A stretch of 64,000 nt of DNA. Source: Armatimonadota bacterium. GTDB lineage: Bacteria; Armatimonadota; Fimbriimonadia; Fimbriimonadales; GBS-DC. Within the stretch, counting starts at the first letter, position 1; the number at the start of each line of letters is the position of its first letter. A program made the translations under genes and the position numbers. Of the stretch, positions 59,557 to 64,000 are shown in pieces. Location: NCBI GenBank assembly GCA_037444405.1, contig JBBIML010000007.1, positions 180,674 to 244,673 of the forward strand, given 5' to 3'. The notes under the pieces were generated by a model, which worked only from the letters and a program-made list of their open reading frames with translations, was not told where the DNA came from and made no database searches.

Positions 59557-62171
59557 GGCGCGAATTGCTGCTCGCACTGCTGTGGGGGCTGATGAGCGCA
59601 TCGGCACAGGGCGAACCGCGCCTGCGATTCGATGGCGTTTTCACGCGCCAGGCGGTGCTGCGCCCCGGCGAAACGGCGGAGGGCATCGCCTTCGTTCGCA
59701 ACATCGGCAAAGATACATGGCGCGGCGACACCCTGCGCCTGGAGCTGACCCCGATTCAGGACGCGCAGGTGCTGAAACGCCCCGAAGCCGACTTCGAGCA
59801 ACTGGAGCCGGGCGAGCGGGGCACAGTGCGCTTTCGCATCCGTGTGGGGGCGCAACCGAAACTCGCGCTGATGCTGCGCTCCCGTGCGGGCAACGACGCC
59901 TTCATCCTGACGCCTGTGGTCGCCAGCCTGCCGCCCGATGTGCCCGATTCAGGGCGCCTCGCCCGCAAGTTCGGTTCACACCTCGTGCTGCAGAACGAGC
60001 AGCTGCGCCTGGTGCTGAGTCCCGCGTCGGCGTCAGGGCTGTGTGCGCGGCTGTTTGGCAGGCAGGGCGAGAGCTGGGTGCAGCTTGCCACCATGCCAAC
60101 CATCGCCGACGCGATTCTGAACGCCGAGAACGCGCCGCCGAAGCCTGCGCCCTTCGCGCTGGAAGATACCTCGCTGGATGAGCCGAGCCTGCGCCTTCTG
60201 TTGCAGGGGCGGATGGGGCTGGTCGGGCGCGTTCAGATCGAGTTTCGCCTGACCGCCAATCGGCTGGAGTGCGCCGCACGGCTTACCAGCGTCGTGAATG
60301 CTCATCTCTATCGGTTCCGTTTCCCCGACTGGCGCATCGGCGACGGCTCATTCGGCGAGCGCAAAGAGGAGGCGCTCTTTCCCGGACTGGAGTATCTGCT
60401 TGACGGCGAGCGGTCTTCAGGTGAGGCGAACGCCGCGCCTCCGCATCACCTGCGCTTTGCGCCCCATCCGTACAAAATCACGATGCCGATGATGGCATTA
60501 CGCTGGCGCAGCTGGCTCGTTCAGCTGAGCTGGGACGCTCAGCGGAGCTGGTCAGGCGTGCTGACCGCGCCGAACGCGCTCTTCCTCTCGCCCAACTGGC
60601 TGGAGGGGGGCGCGCATCACCGCTTCGCGCTGTGGGTGCCCACCATTCCGCGCTGGGCGGAGGAGAACAGCCTGCAGGCGCGCGAGCCGTTCCGCATGCT
60701 CAAAGGGGAACACGTCACGCTCAGCGCGACGCTGATGGTGCGCTTCGGGGCGCGCGACATCAGCGAGGCGGTGGAAGCCTATCTCCAGCAGTACGGCGTG
60801 CCCTATCCGCCCGCGCCCCAGCGCAACGACGCTCAGGCGCTGACGCTCAGCCTCAAAGGGCTGATCAACAGCTGGGATGCCAGTCAGCGTGCGTGGCGAC
60901 ACACCAACACGGGACCCGTGTTCTATGACCCGCTGGTCGCGCTTGGCTTGTGGGTGCTGGCGCATCGGTTGCCGCCCGGCGATTCGAACCGTCAGCGTGC
61001 TGTTGAGCAGGTGCGCTCGGCGGTGGAAGCCACCGGTCCCGAATCGCTCGGCTGGGAGCTGGCGTTCTATGTGGGGTGGCTGCCCACCGTGCTGAACAGC
61101 TGGGCGCAGAGCGTTCGCGCGACGATAGGGGCGCAGCGGGAGGACGGCAGCTGGGCATGGCAGCCGCCCAGCGAGCGGCATGCAATGCTCGGCAAAGCGG
61201 GCGACACCTCCAGCGGACACACGGGCGAGCGGGCAGCGCAGGTCGGACGCTACGCGCTCGCCACTCTGGAACCCGACGCACTGCAGAGCCTGCGCCGTGC
61301 GCTCCGATACCTCGCCCAGCAGCGTCGCCCTGAAGGCGCCCAGACATGGGAGCTGCCCCTGCATGTGCCCGACCTGCTCGCCGCGCCGCACGGCATCAAC
61401 GCCTGCCTGAACGCCTACGAAGCGACGGGCAACGCCCAGTACCTTCAGGAGGCGCGGCGCTGGGCGCTGCGCGGCGTGCCCTTCATCTACCTCTGGCGGG
61501 CAGCTGATCGCCCCATCATGCTCGGCGCCAGCATCCCCGTGTTCGGCGTTACATGGCTCTCCCAGCAGCCGTGGTTTGGCGTCGCCGTGCAGTGGAACGG
61601 ACTGGTGTACGCCCGCGCGCTCTACCGCCTTGCAGAGTACGACCCCACCCTCGCCTGGCGTCGGCTCGCGGACACCATCACCATGTGCGCCGTTCAGCAA
61701 CAGGAGTGGATCACCGAGCGCTATCCCGCCGATGAGGGCTTCTATCCCGATGCGTTCAGCATCACGCGCGGCAGTGAGGAGTATCACTGGGATCTGAACC
61801 CGCGCCTGATCCCGCCCTGCCTCGCCCGCAAGATGGGCTTCGCCATCGAACCGCTCACGCGCGTGGTGCATGCTGACGGACGCCCGATTGCCGTCACCGC
61901 GCCCGGCTTGAAAAACGCGCGCTGGGAGTCGAACCACCTGACCATCGAGATAGAGCCGCCCGCTGAATTGCCCGCGCTGTTTGTGCTGGTCAGCGGGCTG
62001 CCATCGGCAGAGCAGGTGCTGCTCAACGGTCAGCCGCTGTCCCCCGTGAACGATATGGACACCCTCATCTGGCAGCAGCCGAGCCTCACCAGCGGCTATA
62101 TCCGCCACCCGAAAGGACTGATTATCCGCATCGTGAACCCCACGCCCACCCTCAACCTTCAGCTATCCTGA
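59553..62171 (+). CDS. Large secreted hypothetical protein, possibly with an (alpha/alpha)-barrel glycosidase-like C-terminal domain
   Basis: Signal peptide MRRELLLALLWG; QREDGSW and AYEATGNAQYLQEARRWA helical-barrel-type motifs. Confidence 0.7.
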   Translation: MRRELLLALLWGLMSASAQGEPRLRFDGVFTRQAVLRPGETAEGIAFVRNIGKDTWRGDTLRLELTPIQDAQVLKRPEADFEQLEPGERGTVRFRIRVGAQPKLALMLRSRAGNDAFILTPVVASLPPDVPDSGRLARKFGSHLVLQNEQLRLVLSPASASGLCARLFGRQGESWVQLATMPTIADAILNAENAPPKPAPFALEDTSLDEPSLRLLLQGRMGLVGRVQIEFRLTANRLECAARLTSVVNAHLYRFRFPDWRIGDGSFGERKEEALFPGLEYLLDGERSSGEANAAPPHHLRFAPHPYKITMPMMALRWRSWLVQLSWDAQRSWSGVLTAPNALFLSPNWLEGGAHHRFALWVPTIPRWAEENSLQAREPFRMLKGEHVTLSATLMVRFGARDISEAVEAYLQQYGVPYPPAPQRNDAQALTLSLKGLINSWDASQRAWRHTNTGPVFYDPLVALGLWVLAHRLPPGDSNRQRAVEQVRSAVEATGPESLGWELAFYVGWLPTVLNSWAQSVRATIGAQREDGSWAWQPPSERHAMLGKAGDTSSGHTGERAAQVGRYALATLEPDALQSLRRALRYLAQQRRPEGAQTWELPLHVPDLLAAPHGINACLNAYEATGNAQYLQEARRWALRGVPFIYLWRAADRPIMLGASIPVFGVTWLSQQPWFGVAVQWNGLVYARALYRLAEYDPTLAWRRLADTITMCAVQQQEWITERYPADEGFYPDAFSITRGSEEYHWDLNPRLIPPCLARKMGFAIEPLTRVVHADGRPIAVTAPGLKNARWESNHLTIEIEPPAELPALFVLVSGLPSAEQVLLNGQPLSPVNDMDTLIWQQPSLTSGYIRHPKGLIIRIVNPTPTLNLQLS

Positions 62172-62274
62172 TTTCGCGTCGGAGCAGTTGCAATATTTTC
62201 CCCCTCAAGAAACACCAAATAGCAGGAATCGGCTCATTCGCCCCGAACCAAACCTGCACCTGAAGGGTGCAGCG

Positions 62275-62590
62275 ATGTACCACCCATCCGAGTGCCACAA
62301 CTGGACGGAAGCCGAATGGCTTCAGCAGCTGCAGCGGCGCGCCGCCCGGCTCACCAGCTGCGCAGACGACGCCACCGACCTCGCGCACGACTGCCTCTGC
62401 GCCTTCGTGAACCACTTTGGCTGCTATCCGTGGGAGTATGCCGACCCGCTCCACGCTTGGCGCTGGTGTTGCCTGAAGTTGCGGGCGCGTTTTGTGGCGT
62501 TTTTCGGTTATGACCCATCGAATCGGGCTTTTGAGTCGTTAATGGAGATGAAGGGAACAAACAGCCCTTCGGTGGAAACAGGGGGCGATG
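62275..62590 (+). pseudogene. Internally deleted sigma-factor-like gene
   Basis: QLQRRAARLTSCADDATDLAHDC resembles ECF region 2; no region-4 HTH follows; composition changes near 62490. Confidence 0.4.
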
Positions 62591-62593
62591 GCG

Positions 62594-63052
62594 ATGAGAG
62601 CGATGTGGATGGAAAGCAGATTGGTAAAAAGCCACCGCTGGATGGTGCGTAGGTGCGGAGCAGCGGTTTTTGACCTGCGTAGTGTGCGTCAGCTGCTGAT
62701 GAGCCGAGCAAAACACACAGCGACGCTACTTCTGGGAGATAACAGACAGGCTAATGAGGTGCCAGTGCGGGATGTGGGGCCGTGGAATAGTGAACCGGAA
62801 GCGCAAGCAGCGTTCACTGCAGGGTATAATCCAGGCGTGAGACACGGGCGTGGATGGACATGCGTGTTTCGTGAATGCAGCGACCGCCCCCAGCCCCGTG
62901 CAAGAGAAGGGCGCAGCCAATTTTGTCGGCTGGTAACTAATCCTGCAGGGATTGATCTAAGTCCAGCAGTGGCGCGGGAACTGGGGCTGCGCAGCGAGCC
63001 GAATCGCCGTGAAAATGCATGGGTCACCGTTGTTGTTGAGCGCTTGCCATGA
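62594..63052 (+). CDS. Chimeric ORF: RHS leader copy fused to an RlpA-like double-psi beta-barrel tip
   Basis: First 39 codons copy the RHS N-terminus; then VRDVGPWN...NPAGIDLSPAVARELGL. Confidence 0.55.
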   Translation: MRAMWMESRLVKSHRWMVRRCGAAVFDLRSVRQLLMSRAKHTATLLLGDNRQANEVPVRDVGPWNSEPEAQAAFTAGYNPGVRHGRGWTCVFRECSDRPQPRAREGRSQFCRLVTNPAGIDLSPAVARELGLRSEPNRRENAWVTVVVERLP

Positions 63053-63066
63053 GGAGGAGTCCAGAC

Positions 63067-63813
63067 ATGAGAGTACGAACGCTTGCTGGGATAGCCTTTG
63101 TCCTGCTTGTCTGCGGCTATAGCCTGCACTCCCAGAACCCAGCCACTTCTACTTCTCCGCAGGTCCGTAAACAAGTTAACATGACCGCAATGTTGGTGAG
63201 TTTCTCGCCGAGTGCCATGGTCATGCACCTTATCCCCGTCAAACCGAGTGCTGAACAGCTGGGATTGAAAGAATGTCGACTCATTGATCTTCCGATTGAC
63301 CCTGATTACACCCGCTTTGTGTCGCCTGAAGGGAAGCAGATAAGTCCCCGCGATCTGGAGCCAGGCATGTGCGTGCGGCTCAAAGGCGAACTGGAAATAG
63401 AGATAGTCCAGGGTGAGGTGCCGGTGGAGGAGCCTGTGATACATACTGACACGGTACACCTTGTTAGCTGGAAACCCTGCTTGCCTCCCGCACGGTTGCA
63501 GGGGCAACTGATAGAGGTTGACGCCAATCGTTGTGGGAATGCAGGCAAACTTCGAGTGGGCGATAAAGTGATTTCGATCGAGCTGCGTCGGAAGGTGCAA
63601 TTGCACGGTGGAGAGCGGTGGCAGAGGGAGTTTGAGCGTCATCGGTTGCTTGGGCTGAGGTTAGGCATGGAGCTGGAGGTGAAAGGCTATTGGTTTGATT
63701 GGGAGAGAGCGACTCTTCAAGAAGGGGCAGCGAAAAACGAGCCAGAGCAATTTATCTCGGATCAGGTTTTAGTGGAGGAGATACGGATTGTGGAAGAGCG
63801 AGAGGTTCGCTAA
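63067..63813 (+). CDS. Secreted low-GC protein with two OB/DUF5666-like motifs, putative immunity partner
   Basis: GAGGAG RBS, signal peptide, DLEPGMCVRLKG and LRLGMELEVKG. Confidence 0.6.
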   Translation: MRVRTLAGIAFVLLVCGYSLHSQNPATSTSPQVRKQVNMTAMLVSFSPSAMVMHLIPVKPSAEQLGLKECRLIDLPIDPDYTRFVSPEGKQISPRDLEPGMCVRLKGELEIEIVQGEVPVEEPVIHTDTVHLVSWKPCLPPARLQGQLIEVDANRCGNAGKLRVGDKVISIELRRKVQLHGGERWQREFERHRLLGLRLGMELEVKGYWFDWERATLQEGAAKNEPEQFISDQVLVEEIRIVEEREVR

Positions 63814-63851
63814 GGTGTTTTGAGGTGATTGACACCTGAGCCACTGGAGGC

Positions 63852-64000
63852 GTGAGCTGCATTGATACTCAGGCTTGGGTGGTGCGTCGTGAGGTGCAGA
63901 CGGCGAGCGGGAGCGAGGTGACGACCTACACCTATGACGCGTGGGGTCGGTTGCGGGGGATAGACTACCCGCGCAGTGCCGATGTGAGTATGGGCTGGGA
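63852..64000 (+). CDS. Orphan RHS core cassette (partial, runs off the window)
   Basis: VRREVQTASGSEVTTYTYDAWGRLRGIDYPRSADVSMGW; 63880-64000 matches the reverse complement of 54297-54417 with 1 mismatch. Confidence 0.85.
   Translation, partial: MSCIDTQAWVVRREVQTASGSEVTTYTYDAWGRLRGIDYPRSADVSMGW

Noticed and set aside
56037..62709. Diversity-generating retroelement TR/VR pair
   Set aside because: Mismatches between the 119-nt copies are mixed, mostly transitions and not adenine-specific; no reverse transcriptase gene is present

Overview
High-GC (roughly 60-65% by eye) bacterial chromosomal window. It is most consistent with a thermophilic Armatimonadota-like lineage; this is an inference from three prepilin/H-X9-DG paralogues and three proteins ending in a GDVNGDGCVDDADLL...FGxGC dockerin-like tail. 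Most of the window is shuffled housekeeping and metabolic genes: rpsO-pnp-glpX, metK, GH13 amylase, MFS transporters, R2lox, scpA, an aeRF1-like protein, sua5, sbcD-gdx-murJ, yceD-rpmF-plsX, rpmA, hpf, ispDF, an ECF sigma/anti-sigma/htrA module, an orphan DNA methyltransferase, birA, pfkA and a stand-alone nuoG under a Rex-like operator. The right end holds two oppositely oriented, recombination-scarred RHS/YD loci that share near-identical segments and carry orphan tips, immunity-like genes and a broken sigma-like gene. Other notable signals: near-absence of GGCC and ACGT, with GGCC surviving mainly at forced Trp-Pro junctions; a palindromic repeat family, three units of which sit in-frame inside birA; a possible leaderless AUU start for sua5; candidate sRNA, attenuator and S15-leader RNAs; and several toxin-antitoxin remnants. 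No rRNA, tRNA, CRISPR array or integrase was recognised. All calls come from reading the sequence, without database searches.
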